Assembly: GCA_007130885.1 (NCBI GenBank)
Contig: SLRQ01000013.1
Location: 11,004 to 75,003, forward strand
DNA length: 64,000 nt
Reading direction: 5' to 3'
From: Deltaproteobacteria bacterium
GTDB taxonomy: Bacteria > Myxococcota > Myxococcia > SLRQ01
A program made the translations under genes and the position numbers. The notes under the pieces were generated by a model. The model saw nothing but the letters and a program-made list of their open reading frames with translations, was not told the DNA's origin and did not search any database. How positions within the stretch are numbered: position 1 is the first letter of the stretch; every line of letters begins with the position of its first letter. Of the stretch, positions 49,124 through 58,587 are shown one piece after another.

Positions 49124-52100
49124 ATGAAGATTAAGAGCAGGCTCGGGCGACTAATCACCATGATGGCGGTGCTTGCCGCCATAGCGGGCATTGGTTTCAT
49201 TCTATCGCCTGAAGGCGGGGAGCCTTCCCCGTCGACTGGCGATGATTTCCTCGATCAGGTGATGTCACTGACCACCGGGGTCGAGGCCGTGGCGCGCAGA
49301 GGAGGCGCGGGTCAGGGGACTCCTTCGAGCGAGAAGGATGACGGCGAGCACGAGCTCACCTCACTCCGCCTTCTTGGAAGGGCCATGATTTTGGTCAGTG
49401 AGAACTATGTGGATCCAGACCGCATAGATCCAAAGAGGATGCTTTTGGGCTCGCTGGACCACCTCGAGAAGAGAATCCCCGAGGTGTTGGTGGACGATCG
49501 CGACGCCGAGGAGACCGGCGAGGTCCTGCTCACCGTCAATCGTTCTACCACTACCGTCGATGTGAGCGGCATGGAGTCCGTCTTGGAGCTGATTCCGCGG
49601 TTCAGACGGCTCTTCTCGTTCATACAGGACAACCTCGTGTCCACGGAGGACACCCGCCGGATCGAGTATGCCGCGATTAACGGCATGCTCTCCACCTTGG
49701 ATCCCCACTCCAACCTGCTCGATCCCGACCAATACAGCGATATGAAGCTCCATACTCGCGGGGAGTTCGGGGGGCTTGGTTTCGTGGTGTCCATGCGAGA
49801 CGGCCGGCTGACGGTCATGCGTATCATCCCCAACACACCCGCGCATGACGGTGGGGTGAAGCCACGGGACGTGATTACGCGGATAGCGGGCGAGTCCACC
49901 GCCAACATGGATCTTACCGAAGCGGTCAGCCGTCTACGCGGCAAGCCGGGAACGAAGATAGAGTTCTTTGTCGACAGGCCTGGTGAGAAGCAGCAAAAAC
50001 AGTTCGAACTCGAGCGCTCCATAATAGAGATTGAGTCGATAGACCCGGCGCGGCTTCTGGCTGACGATGTGGGCTATATACGGGTCACCAACTTCCAGGG
50101 GCACACCACTCGTGATTTGCGCAAGGCCTTCGAAAAACTTCAGGAGGAGGCTGAGGATGGCATGAAGGGCCTCATCCTGGACCTTCGCGCCAACCCCGGG
50201 GGGCTTCTGGAGCAGGCTATTCAGGTGGCGGACCTTTTCTTGGATAGGGGCACCATCGTCTCGACGGTCGGCATGAGCAACAGGCTGCGCGAACGAAACA
50301 CGGCGACTCGTAGAGGAACGCTGAAGAGAGTTCCCTTGGTGGTGTTGGTGAGTAATACCTCGGCCTCCGCCTCCGAGATCGTGAGCGGAGCGGTGCGCTA
50401 CCTCGACCGTGGCCTGGTCATCGGCAACTCCACCTTCGGTAAGGGCTCGGTGCAGGTCCTATATGATCTGGTGGATGACTCCGCTCTGAAGCTTACGATC
50501 GCGCAGTACCTCACCACCGATGACATATCGATTCAGGATCTGGGCATAGTCCCCGACATCGAGCTCCTACCCTCGCTGGTGTCCGAAAGGCGGGTCATGG
50601 TCTTTGCTCCGCGGCGCTCGCTTCGGGAGGTGGATCTAGAAGACCAGGGGGGCCCCGACGTTCCCACGGGTCCGGCTCCCGGCCTCGATCCTTTCCGTAC
50701 GAAGTTGCCCTCTGACGAAGGACAGGTCGAGAACGGAAAGGAGCCGCTGGAAAGCCTCATTTTCTTGCGTGATGACGTGCCGGAGGACGAGGAGATCGAC
50801 GAGTTCGAAGAGCCGGAGTGGGAGGAGGACTTCCACGTTCATTTCGCCCGAAGAATACTGGCGGAAGCGGGCGCCACTACGCGCGAAGAGATGCTTGAGC
50901 GGTCGAAGCCTGTAATAGAAGCTAGCCGCGAGAGTGAGCGCGGGCGCATTTACGAAGCAGTCAGCGAGCTTGGGGTGGACTGGAGCTCCGCTCCGGAAGG
51001 GAGCGAGCTGAACGAGGTCGATCTCGAGGCCGAGCTGTCCTTCGACGGACCATCGATGGGCGGGGAGGAGACCGGTCTTGTGCTGTCGTTGCGAAACGCC
51101 GGCGAAAAGCCGCTTTATCGGGTTCGGGCTTGGACCGAGTCGGCTAGTCCTCCCGTGGTTCGCTACAGCAGGCTATTCGATCGTCTCGAGTTCTTGTTTG
51201 GAAAGCTGGAGCCCGGCGAGACCCGAACGTGGCGCGTGCCTGTGGAGCTGCCGAGGGATCTGACGGCCCGGCGCGAGAAGCTGGATATTCGTGTGGAAGG
51301 TGACGGCGCGGGCATGCTTGCGAATATTCCGGCCATACTGGATGTGGACGAACGTCCCAGCCCCGTGCTCGCCTTTCATTGGCAGGTAAACGATGCCGGG
51401 CAACCCAAGGGCGATGGCCGGCTGAGCGTGGGCGAGGATGCCATGCTCGATGTTTTCTTGCGCAACATCGGTGAGGGTGATGCCTCCGATGTGGTCGTGA
51501 CCGTAAGGCATCTAGAGGACAAAAAGGTCAACATAAACCGCGGTCGCCACCGGATCGGAGAGCTGAAGGCCGGTAATGAGGGCAAGGGCCGCATGTCGCT
51601 CCAGGTGGACGAGGGGTTCGAGGGCGATGAAGTGCGAATCAAGGTAACCGCGTATGATCTCGAGTCGGCAAGGGTTGTCTCCGACCAGGTGACGGTTCCG
51701 CTATCAAGGGAGCCCATTGAGGTCGCGGAGGCTTCCGGCACCGCTAGGCTGCGCGAGTCTACCGAAATCCTGGCTTGGGCGGGTCGAGATGCGGAGCTCT
51801 TGGCGCGAGTCACCTTGGGTACGGTGTTGCCCGTCAAGGCTCGTGTAGGCTCTTTCTACCGAGTGGCTTGGGGCGGGGACCGCGAAGGTTTCGTGCACAA
51901 AGACTCCGTTCGGCTTCTGACCGAGGAGATAGAAGGTCCGGATGGAGATATCGTGGCCGTTTACAGTCATCGTCCGCCGAGGATCGTGATTGCCGGCGAT
52001 AGGGCTCCGGTGACGGAACAAGAGGAGTTCATCCTGTCCGGTATGGCCGAAGGTGAGTCCTCGCTCCGTGACGTGTATATCTTCGTCAACAATGACAAGC

Positions 52101-52330
52101 TCTTCTTCCGTGCTTCGCGGGCGGCGGATTTGGACTCCGATAATGGAAACGAGAGTGATGGCCCCGAGGAAAGTGACGAGCCGCCTGTCACGGATACTCG
52201 CGTTCCCTTCGAGGTGAGCGTTCCTCTCGAAAAAGGGGCCAACAGCATCATAGTATTTGCACGCAAGAATGACGATTTGATGGCCAGCCGCCGCCTGGTG
52301 GTGTTCAGGGATGCCCCTGAAAAGCCCTGA
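49124..52330 (+). CDS. S41 carboxyl-terminal processing protease with long C-terminal Ig/SH3-like extension (MXAN_5808-like)
   Basis: 'LSTLDPHS', PDZ 'GEFGGLG', 'LILDLRANPGGLL', catalytic 'SASASEI' and 'FGKGSVQ'. About 500-aa beta-rich tail. Confidence 0.92.
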   Translation: MKIKSRLGRLITMMAVLAAIAGIGFILSPEGGEPSPSTGDDFLDQVMSLTTGVEAVARRGGAGQGTPSSEKDDGEHELTSLRLLGRAMILVSENYVDPDRIDPKRMLLGSLDHLEKRIPEVLVDDRDAEETGEVLLTVNRSTTTVDVSGMESVLELIPRFRRLFSFIQDNLVSTEDTRRIEYAAINGMLSTLDPHSNLLDPDQYSDMKLHTRGEFGGLGFVVSMRDGRLTVMRIIPNTPAHDGGVKPRDVITRIAGESTANMDLTEAVSRLRGKPGTKIEFFVDRPGEKQQKQFELERSIIEIESIDPARLLADDVGYIRVTNFQGHTTRDLRKAFEKLQEEAEDGMKGLILDLRANPGGLLEQAIQVADLFLDRGTIVSTVGMSNRLRERNTATRRGTLKRVPLVVLVSNTSASASEIVSGAVRYLDRGLVIGNSTFGKGSVQVLYDLVDDSALKLTIAQYLTTDDISIQDLGIVPDIELLPSLVSERRVMVFAPRRSLREVDLEDQGGPDVPTGPAPGLDPFRTKLPSDEGQVENGKEPLESLIFLRDDVPEDEEIDEFEEPEWEEDFHVHFARRILAEAGATTREEMLERSKPVIEASRESERGRIYEAVSELGVDWSSAPEGSELNEVDLEAELSFDGPSMGGEETGLVLSLRNAGEKPLYRVRAWTESASPPVVRYSRLFDRLEFLFGKLEPGETRTWRVPVELPRDLTARREKLDIRVEGDGAGMLANIPAILDVDERPSPVLAFHWQVNDAGQPKGDGRLSVGEDAMLDVFLRNIGEGDASDVVVTVRHLEDKKVNINRGRHRIGELKAGNEGKGRMSLQVDEGFEGDEVRIKVTAYDLESARVVSDQVTVPLSREPIEVAEASGTARLRESTEILAWAGRDAELLARVTLGTVLPVKARVGSFYRVAWGGDREGFVHKDSVRLLTEEIEGPDGDIVAVYSHRPPRIVIAGDRAPVTEQEEFILSGMAEGESSLRDVYIFVNNDKLFFRASRAADLDSDNGNESDGPEESDEPPVTDTRVPFEVSVPLEKGANSIIVFARKNDDLMASRRLVVFRDAPEKP

Positions 52331-52365
52331 GTGCGCCTTCGGCCTGAAGGAAGCCCCCGCCTCCC

Positions 52366-53949
52366 ATGAACCTTCGTGTTGTCCTCCTGGCCGCTCTTCT
52401 TGCAGGCTGCGGAATCGCGGTCGTTGCTTACAAGGTAAAGGCGCTGGGTTACGATCTGGTCCCGCGCGCCACCGAGGATAGGTGGTCGGTGCAGATCCAG
52501 CTTCGCTTCCGAAGCGTGGGGGAAGACGCGGGCGCTCGCGTCTTCTTGCCGGCGGACCGTCTACCGCGGCAGCGTATTTACGATGAAAGGATCCTGGCCG
52601 AGGGTGCCCGCTTCGATGTGAGTACCCACGGCGACAACCGCATCGGCACCATCTCCGGTCGTCCCGGTACCTCGGGAACTCTATCTTATCGGTTCGCCGT
52701 TCATCTTCGCGCGGAGGATGAGGAGCTTCCGTCGGAAAGGGATGTAAGTGAGGTGCCGCCGGATCCCGACTCGATATGGCTGGCACCCGAGCGTCACATA
52801 CAGTCCGATGACTCTCGGGTGCTGGAGCGTTTGCGAGAGATACGCTCCCCCGATGCCGGCCCCGTTCGAACAGTGCGTTACATCTTCGACTATGTGCGCG
52901 ACGAGGTAGTGGGCGTCGATCTGGGTGATGGGGCCGATGCTCTTACCGTGCTCCAGCTCGAACGCGGTGGGCCTTTAGGTAAGGCGAGGCTCGCTGTTGC
53001 GTTGGCTCGCGCGGGTGGACTGCCCGCTCGGGTCGTGGCCGGCATTGACATGGAGGACGGCACCAGGAACGAGCTTCGGCACTGGGCGGAGGTCTTGCTG
53101 GGGGAGCAGTGGCATGCGCTGGACGTCGTCTCCGGCCATATCGGTCGCCTGCCTCGAGAAAGGTTGATTTTGTACGAGGGCGACGGCCCGGCGGTGGATA
53201 CCAGGGGCCTTGAAGAAGTATCTTTCCAGATAGATGCTCTCAAGGAAGAGGTTTCGCAGCACCGCTTGTATCAGAGGCGGGTGCTCGAATCCGATACCGT
53301 CCTCGACCGCGTCAGTCTGTACACCTTGCCGGTCAACACTCAGATGACCCTGCGCGTCTTGCTGCTCATTCCGTTTGGAGCGCTGATAGTATCTCTCTTT
53401 CGGAACATGGTCGGAGTGCCGACCTTCGGCACCTTCATGCCGGTCCTGCTTGCGCTTGCCTTCCTGGAGACCGGTCTCGCTCTAGGAGTGGCTCTTCTGC
53501 TCATAATCATAGGTGTGGGGTGGCTCTTTCGGGGCTTGCTGGACTGGTTGCAGCTATTGATGATCCCGCGCCTGTCTTTCCTGCTCACCGTGGTCATCGT
53601 AATCATAGTAGGCATAAGCTTGTTGAGCGACCGGGCCGGGATGACCGCGGGCCTGTACGCCGCCGCGTTCCCGATAGTCATCATAACCGCCACCATCGAG
53701 CGTTTCTCGGTGATGATCGTCGAGGAAGGACCAAGAAACGCCGCCAATACGACCGTGGGCACGCTGCTGGTTGCTCTTGCTTGTTACGGCATGCTCATAA
53801 GCGACGTCTTACAGCGAACAGTGCTGGCTTTTCCCGAGCTGCTTCTGCCGGTGCTGGGAGTGTTGCTTCTCATAGGCCGTTACACCGGCTACCGGCTGTC
53901 CGAGTGGGCCAGGTTCTCGGCTTTCAATAGGGGTTTTGGTGACGCGTGA
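52366..53949 (+). CDS. Inactive transglutaminase fused to a 7TM domain (Transglut_i_TM / 7TM_transglut-type)
   Basis: TGase-fold 'LARAGGLPARVVAG...WAEV..GEQW..LD' without the catalytic Cys. C-terminal 'LLLIPFGAL...GVPTFGTFMPVL...IER...GRYTGYRLSE'. Confidence 0.9.
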   Translation: MNLRVVLLAALLAGCGIAVVAYKVKALGYDLVPRATEDRWSVQIQLRFRSVGEDAGARVFLPADRLPRQRIYDERILAEGARFDVSTHGDNRIGTISGRPGTSGTLSYRFAVHLRAEDEELPSERDVSEVPPDPDSIWLAPERHIQSDDSRVLERLREIRSPDAGPVRTVRYIFDYVRDEVVGVDLGDGADALTVLQLERGGPLGKARLAVALARAGGLPARVVAGIDMEDGTRNELRHWAEVLLGEQWHALDVVSGHIGRLPRERLILYEGDGPAVDTRGLEEVSFQIDALKEEVSQHRLYQRRVLESDTVLDRVSLYTLPVNTQMTLRVLLLIPFGALIVSLFRNMVGVPTFGTFMPVLLALAFLETGLALGVALLLIIIGVGWLFRGLLDWLQLLMIPRLSFLLTVVIVIIVGISLLSDRAGMTAGLYAAAFPIVIITATIERFSVMIVEEGPRNAANTTVGTLLVALACYGMLISDVLQRTVLAFPELLLPVLGVLLLIGRYTGYRLSEWARFSAFNRGFGDA

Positions 53950-54923
53950 TGGTTTTCGGCCGTTTCAAGACCTACCGAAGCTTCGGAGTCCTCGGCATCA
54001 ATCGGCGCAACGCCGATCTGATCCTCGGATGCAATCCCCGCCGCCTCTTTCCTCTTGTGGACGACAAGCTTGCGACCAAGTCACTCTGCGAAGCCCACGG
54101 GATAAGAACCCCCGCCCTTTACGGAACAGTGAGCGCCCACCACGAGCTGCGTGCTCTCGAAGCTATGTTGGGGGACAGAAGGGATCTGGTCGTAAAGCCC
54201 GCCAAGGGGGCGATGGGCAACGGCGTTCTGGTAATAACTGATCGGAAGGGTGATCGTTTCATTAGGGCCGGCGGGGCTTCGCTGGGCATCAAGGATCTTC
54301 GGTACCACATAAGCAGCATTCTCTCCGGCCTCTACTCGCTCGGTGGACGAACCGACAAGGCAATCATCGAGGCGAGGGTGCGGGCTCATTCGGTGTTCGA
54401 TGACTTGTCCCTCGGTGTCCCCGACTGCCGGATCATCGTCTTTCGCGGCGTTCCCGTGATGTCCATGCTCCGGCTGCCTACACGGATGAGCGGCGGAAGG
54501 GCCAACCTTCATCAGGGAGCCATAGCCGTGGGGGTCGACGTGGGAACAGGCGTGACTCATCGTGCGGTGCACCTCGACCGAGTGGTGGCGCGGCACCCGG
54601 ATACGGGCAGGTCCGTCAACGGCATTCATCTTCCTCACTGGGACGAGATACTTCACATCGCCGCGGTCAGCGCCGACATGACGGGCCTGGGCTATCTCGG
54701 CGTGGACGTCGTAATAGACGCCGAGGGGGGGCCCATGCTGCTGGAGCTGAATGCCAGGCCGGGCCTCTCCATACAAATAGCCAACGGGGCCGGCCTCACT
54801 CCACGGCTCGACATGCTCGAGGGCCGGGACGTATCCAGCCTTTCCCCCGAGGACCGAGCTTCCTTGGCCAAATCCATGTTCGGCTCTTCGGAGCATCGGG
54901 AGGATGAGTCTCTTGTCGCTTGA
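53946..54923 (+). CDS. Alpha-L-glutamate ligase-like ATP-grasp protein
   Basis: 'VLGINRRN...NPR..FPLVDDKL.TK', 'VVKPAKG..GNG', 'ILSGLYSLGG', 'PDCRII', 'RANLHQG', 'LELNARPGL.IQIAN'. Start GTG 53946 or ATG 53949. Confidence 0.92.
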   Translation: MMVFGRFKTYRSFGVLGINRRNADLILGCNPRRLFPLVDDKLATKSLCEAHGIRTPALYGTVSAHHELRALEAMLGDRRDLVVKPAKGAMGNGVLVITDRKGDRFIRAGGASLGIKDLRYHISSILSGLYSLGGRTDKAIIEARVRAHSVFDDLSLGVPDCRIIVFRGVPVMSMLRLPTRMSGGRANLHQGAIAVGVDVGTGVTHRAVHLDRVVARHPDTGRSVNGIHLPHWDEILHIAAVSADMTGLGYLGVDVVIDAEGGPMLLELNARPGLSIQIANGAGLTPRLDMLEGRDVSSLSPEDRASLAKSMFGSSEHREDESLVA

Positions 54924-55887
54924 ACCAAAGCCGCGCTCATCTTGGATGCGGGGGCGTATCTCCGTTTGGGTGGCCGTGCTCTCATCAGCGGCTGTCGCCT
55001 GTTCCTTGGAGCGAGATTCGTCAAATGAGATGGGCGAAGTGCTCGCGGGCGTGGAGGTGGTAAGGGAGTTGGTCTTCATCGTGCGGGTGGAGGGAAAGGG
55101 TGAGGACGTTCGTTTGGAGATCCCGCTTCCGCTTGGCGGAGACAACGTGAAGATCTTCGAGGAGGAGCTGCGCCTACGAGGGTTTTCGTTCGAGGAGAGG
55201 GTGGAGGACGGGATCCGTACCGCGATCCTGGAGTATCCCGTGCTCGAGGGCCGGCGCCGTTTCACCTACAAGGCCGTCATAGGCCTCCAAAGCATGGAGC
55301 ACGAAGTCATTTCTCCGGAGCCTAAAGCCATTGTGAACCGGGATCTGCGCGTGTACACGCTTCCCACCCCCAGGATGCAGTCCCGAAGCCCCCTGGTTCG
55401 AGAGCGGCTGATAGAGCATGTGGAGCCCGGGCTCGAGGCCGGAGACGAGGATATAGTGCGCATGATATTCGGGCTCGTGGCGGGTCGGTTCGAGCGGCGA
55501 ACCTCGGATGGTACCGGCAATGTGCTCCGTGCACTGCGAGAGGAGCAGGCAAGCGACCGCGGCCTCGACAGGCTGCTGATCACCTTCATGCGCGCCGCTG
55601 GTATTCCGGCGCGACCGGTGGCCGGTTTTCATCTTCGCACCGAGGGCGGTCGCAAGTTCGAGCGCTGGACCGAGATACACGTAGGTGAGGGATGGGTGCC
55701 CATGAGTGCCCCAAAGGGTTGGTACGGCGTTCAGCCTCCGGACTATTTGCGGCTGTACCATGGCGAGCGAAGATTCATCGAGCGAGAGGGTGTGGAGCGC
55801 TTGACCTTCAAGGTCCTGGTCAGCGAGCCGAACGAGGAGGAAAGTGGAAAGCAGCACCTCTTTAAAGCAGAAGAGGAGGTCCAGTGA
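54904..55887 (+). CDS. Stand-alone inactive transglutaminase-like protein, possibly a lipoprotein
   Basis: 'MRAAGIPARPVAG...WTEI..GEGWVP' with triad positions substituted. 'AAVAC' lipobox-like motif. Paralogous to the N-half of 52366..53949. Start 54904 or 54946. Confidence 0.8.
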   Translation: MSLLSLEPKPRSSWMRGRISVWVAVLSSAAVACSLERDSSNEMGEVLAGVEVVRELVFIVRVEGKGEDVRLEIPLPLGGDNVKIFEEELRLRGFSFEERVEDGIRTAILEYPVLEGRRRFTYKAVIGLQSMEHEVISPEPKAIVNRDLRVYTLPTPRMQSRSPLVRERLIEHVEPGLEAGDEDIVRMIFGLVAGRFERRTSDGTGNVLRALREEQASDRGLDRLLITFMRAAGIPARPVAGFHLRTEGGRKFERWTEIHVGEGWVPMSAPKGWYGVQPPDYLRLYHGERRFIEREGVERLTFKVLVSEPNEEESGKQHLFKAEEEVQ

Positions 55888-58043
55888 TGCAGGGTGGTCC
55901 CGCTTTCTTTTCCGGTGCCGTGAAGCAGTTGCTTGCGGCGCTCTTCGTATCGGCTCTAACTGCGACGGCCGTTGTTCGGCCTGCCGCGGCTTTCGAGAAC
56001 GCTCCGGATTTGTATATGGTGGCCGGACGTGATTGGCGGGTGGTTCTTCCCGTTTCGGTCCTTGCGGCCGCGGGAGAGAAGAGCGCCCCCGTACTGCTTC
56101 CGGAGCTGGGTAAGGGACGCTGGTTCGATCATTTCATCAGCCGCTACGAGCCGACAAGACCTGCGTTGATCGTCCCGACCGATGGCGACGGCAAGCCCAC
56201 CGCGTACCTCCCTTGGGAGGAAGGTCCAACATTTCCCGAGCCGGAGGGCGGTCCCATCAAGCTCGTGGATCTGTCGGCGCGGGTTAGTGAGCTGCCGCTC
56301 TTGTTGGCCGAGGAGATCGTACCCTTATCCTCGGTTGATCCCGGCCCGCCGGTGTGGATTGTCTCCGACGCCGATTACCACACCGGCCTTCTGGCGGCGG
56401 TGGCGGCGGGGGCCGAGCGGGGCATACTGGTCCCGGTCGCCGCTGATAGGGAAGACATAACGAGAGCGCTTTCGTTCGCAAGAGCCCGCCGTGCTCCGGT
56501 CCGCCTGGCCCTGTCCCATTCGGAGGAGTCTTCACCGGCCTCGTCCGCCCTGAAAGCAGCCGTGTTGGAGGCAGCGCTCGTCGGTGATGTCCCCGTGGAG
56601 GTAGTGAAAGGAGTCGATGCGTTGACCGGCCGGGCCGCCGCCGGCTTCGCCGGTCTTCGTTCGGCTGAACTCCGAGGTCACGTTGTGTTCACAAACCCAG
56701 CGGACGTAGAGGGCCGGTTCAGCCCGCCGCATTTGTCCTTGCTGGCTCCTCTGTTCGCGATATCGAGACAGGCTTCGCTGGTGCTGACGGACGGCGATCC
56801 CGAAAAGACGGAGCGTAAGCTGGAGGCCTTCGAGGAAGAGCACGGATCTGTCAGTCACGTAACGCTCATCGGTGACTACCTTACGCTGCGAATGCGCGAA
56901 ATGCTCGACCCCGACGATGTTCACGAGGGCGTAGATGAACCCCGCCGTTTCAAGGTGCCGTCGCTTGCCGGAGTGATCGACCTCCAGCCCGCGGAGTATG
57001 CCACGGGGAGGCTCGCCGCCGAGGATGTGCATGATCTCTCTTTGCAGATAGGCCGCATAATGGCGCCGAGACGAGCGCTGGGTTCAAAGAAGCGACCGGC
57101 GTTGATGCTCGCCAATGCCGATGAGATCTTCGTCATCGCGGAGCTCGTTTCGATGGCCACCGTAAAAGAGATGCGGAACACCGGTTGGGACGTGACCGCC
57201 TACTATGGGGATGAGATCGACCGGGATCTCATTTTCGACGAGATGCCGGGTAAGCAAGTAATCATTTGGACCGGTCATCCCAGGGATCTGACCGTCGATT
57301 ACGACATAGGAGTCGTCGATCAGATGCTGGACTCCTCCTTGGTATTCCTGCAGGGCTGCTACACCTTGGATCGCAACGATCCGTATGTGCTGGTCCAGCA
57401 GGGAGCAGGCGGCATCATAGGTACATACATGGCGGTCTACAGCGCTTCAGGCTCGGCTTTTGCCAAGACCGTCCTGGACGCGATGCTCTACTACGGGGCG
57501 GACCAGGGAGAAGCCATGGTTCATGCCCGTAACTACCAGCTCGCCTATGTCGAGATGAAGAGGCAGCGCGGGCACAGGGATTGGCGAAAGACCTGGCGCG
57601 CCGCTCTTTCATTCGATCTTTGGGGCGACCCCACGTTGCGTTCGGTGCAGCCGAGACGCGAGCCTGAAAAGCCTCCGGTGCGCCTGAAGCGTGAGGGCGA
57701 GGTCCTGAGGTTTCTGGTGCCCGCGGAGCGCTACTCGGGCCTTGCGGCGGGCAGGTACACTCTGGAGTCGGTTGCCGGCGGTCAGCTCGGAGCCATCTAC
57801 ACCCGCAGCGACGATTGGGGGGACGAGCGGCGATCGCAGCCCTTCTACTTTGGTTGGGTTGATTTGCCCGAGCATGACGAGCCGCCGGAGCTTGAAAGTA
57901 AGGTGCCCGATGACGAGTGGGTCACCGTTTGGGCTCCCAAGCGGCAAAGGCTTTATATCCTCGTCCACAACCGTGCCGAGAGAGCCGTCGGGCGGGAGGG
58001 GCTCGTTTTCAGGTTGAAGGGCGCCGCCTCCGAAGAGCCATGA
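55884..58043 (+). CDS. Exported C25 (gingipain/caspase-fold)-like cysteine peptidase
   Basis: Signal peptide, then 'VTLIGD', 'ATGRL', 'IIWTGH' (His codon 57276), 'VFLQGC' (Cys codon 57357), 'GAGGIIG' and 'LWGDP', in the order seen in C25 peptidases. Confidence 0.72.
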   Translation: MMQGGPAFFSGAVKQLLAALFVSALTATAVVRPAAAFENAPDLYMVAGRDWRVVLPVSVLAAAGEKSAPVLLPELGKGRWFDHFISRYEPTRPALIVPTDGDGKPTAYLPWEEGPTFPEPEGGPIKLVDLSARVSELPLLLAEEIVPLSSVDPGPPVWIVSDADYHTGLLAAVAAGAERGILVPVAADREDITRALSFARARRAPVRLALSHSEESSPASSALKAAVLEAALVGDVPVEVVKGVDALTGRAAAGFAGLRSAELRGHVVFTNPADVEGRFSPPHLSLLAPLFAISRQASLVLTDGDPEKTERKLEAFEEEHGSVSHVTLIGDYLTLRMREMLDPDDVHEGVDEPRRFKVPSLAGVIDLQPAEYATGRLAAEDVHDLSLQIGRIMAPRRALGSKKRPALMLANADEIFVIAELVSMATVKEMRNTGWDVTAYYGDEIDRDLIFDEMPGKQVIIWTGHPRDLTVDYDIGVVDQMLDSSLVFLQGCYTLDRNDPYVLVQQGAGGIIGTYMAVYSASGSAFAKTVLDAMLYYGADQGEAMVHARNYQLAYVEMKRQRGHRDWRKTWRAALSFDLWGDPTLRSVQPRREPEKPPVRLKREGEVLRFLVPAERYSGLAAGRYTLESVAGGQLGAIYTRSDDWGDERRSQPFYFGWVDLPEHDEPPELESKVPDDEWVTVWAPKRQRLYILVHNRAERAVGREGLVFRLKGAASEEP

Positions 58044-58587
58044 AGAGGATGTCTGAGGTATCCCCTCTATCGTCCGAGTCGCTTGGCAGACTTCGAGAAG
58101 AAACGGCCTTTTGCGACACCCTCTATTGCTAGACCGGCGGGTACCTGCGAAGCAACGGACCACCTGGCTGGCGTGTCCTTGGTAGAGGCTACATGCGACT
58201 CCAAGACTACGTCATCGGATATTTGGTCGCTAGAGAAGTGACTAATCCTGAGTACCGGGGCGGATGTGTTTTCAGGTAGTTAGCGGGATAAGGTCGAGCC
58301 ATGCCAGGTCTCTCGACCCTTGGCGGCCTTGCCATGGAGAACCCTTTTCGTGACAAGCGGGTTGAAGGTTCCGCAACATGAGGACAAACTCCTATGTCAC
58401 TAGTAGTTGCGGAAAAGGGGGGTGCCGTGTGCGGTCGATACCACTTTAGATGTTTGGACGCGCGCGGCGAGGCTACCGGGCCGCTCGAGTTAGTGGGTAT
58501 CGATACGTGCGCTTACGACACCGGCTGTAGCATCGTTCCGTCCATCCGGATTGCCCGCATTATCGCGTGAGGCTTGTGAGGACCGTT

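Noticed and set aside
51704..55857. Minus-strand ORFs of 360, 394 and 227 aa
   Set aside because: Antisense to well-supported, coupled plus-strand genes, with no recognisable motifs.
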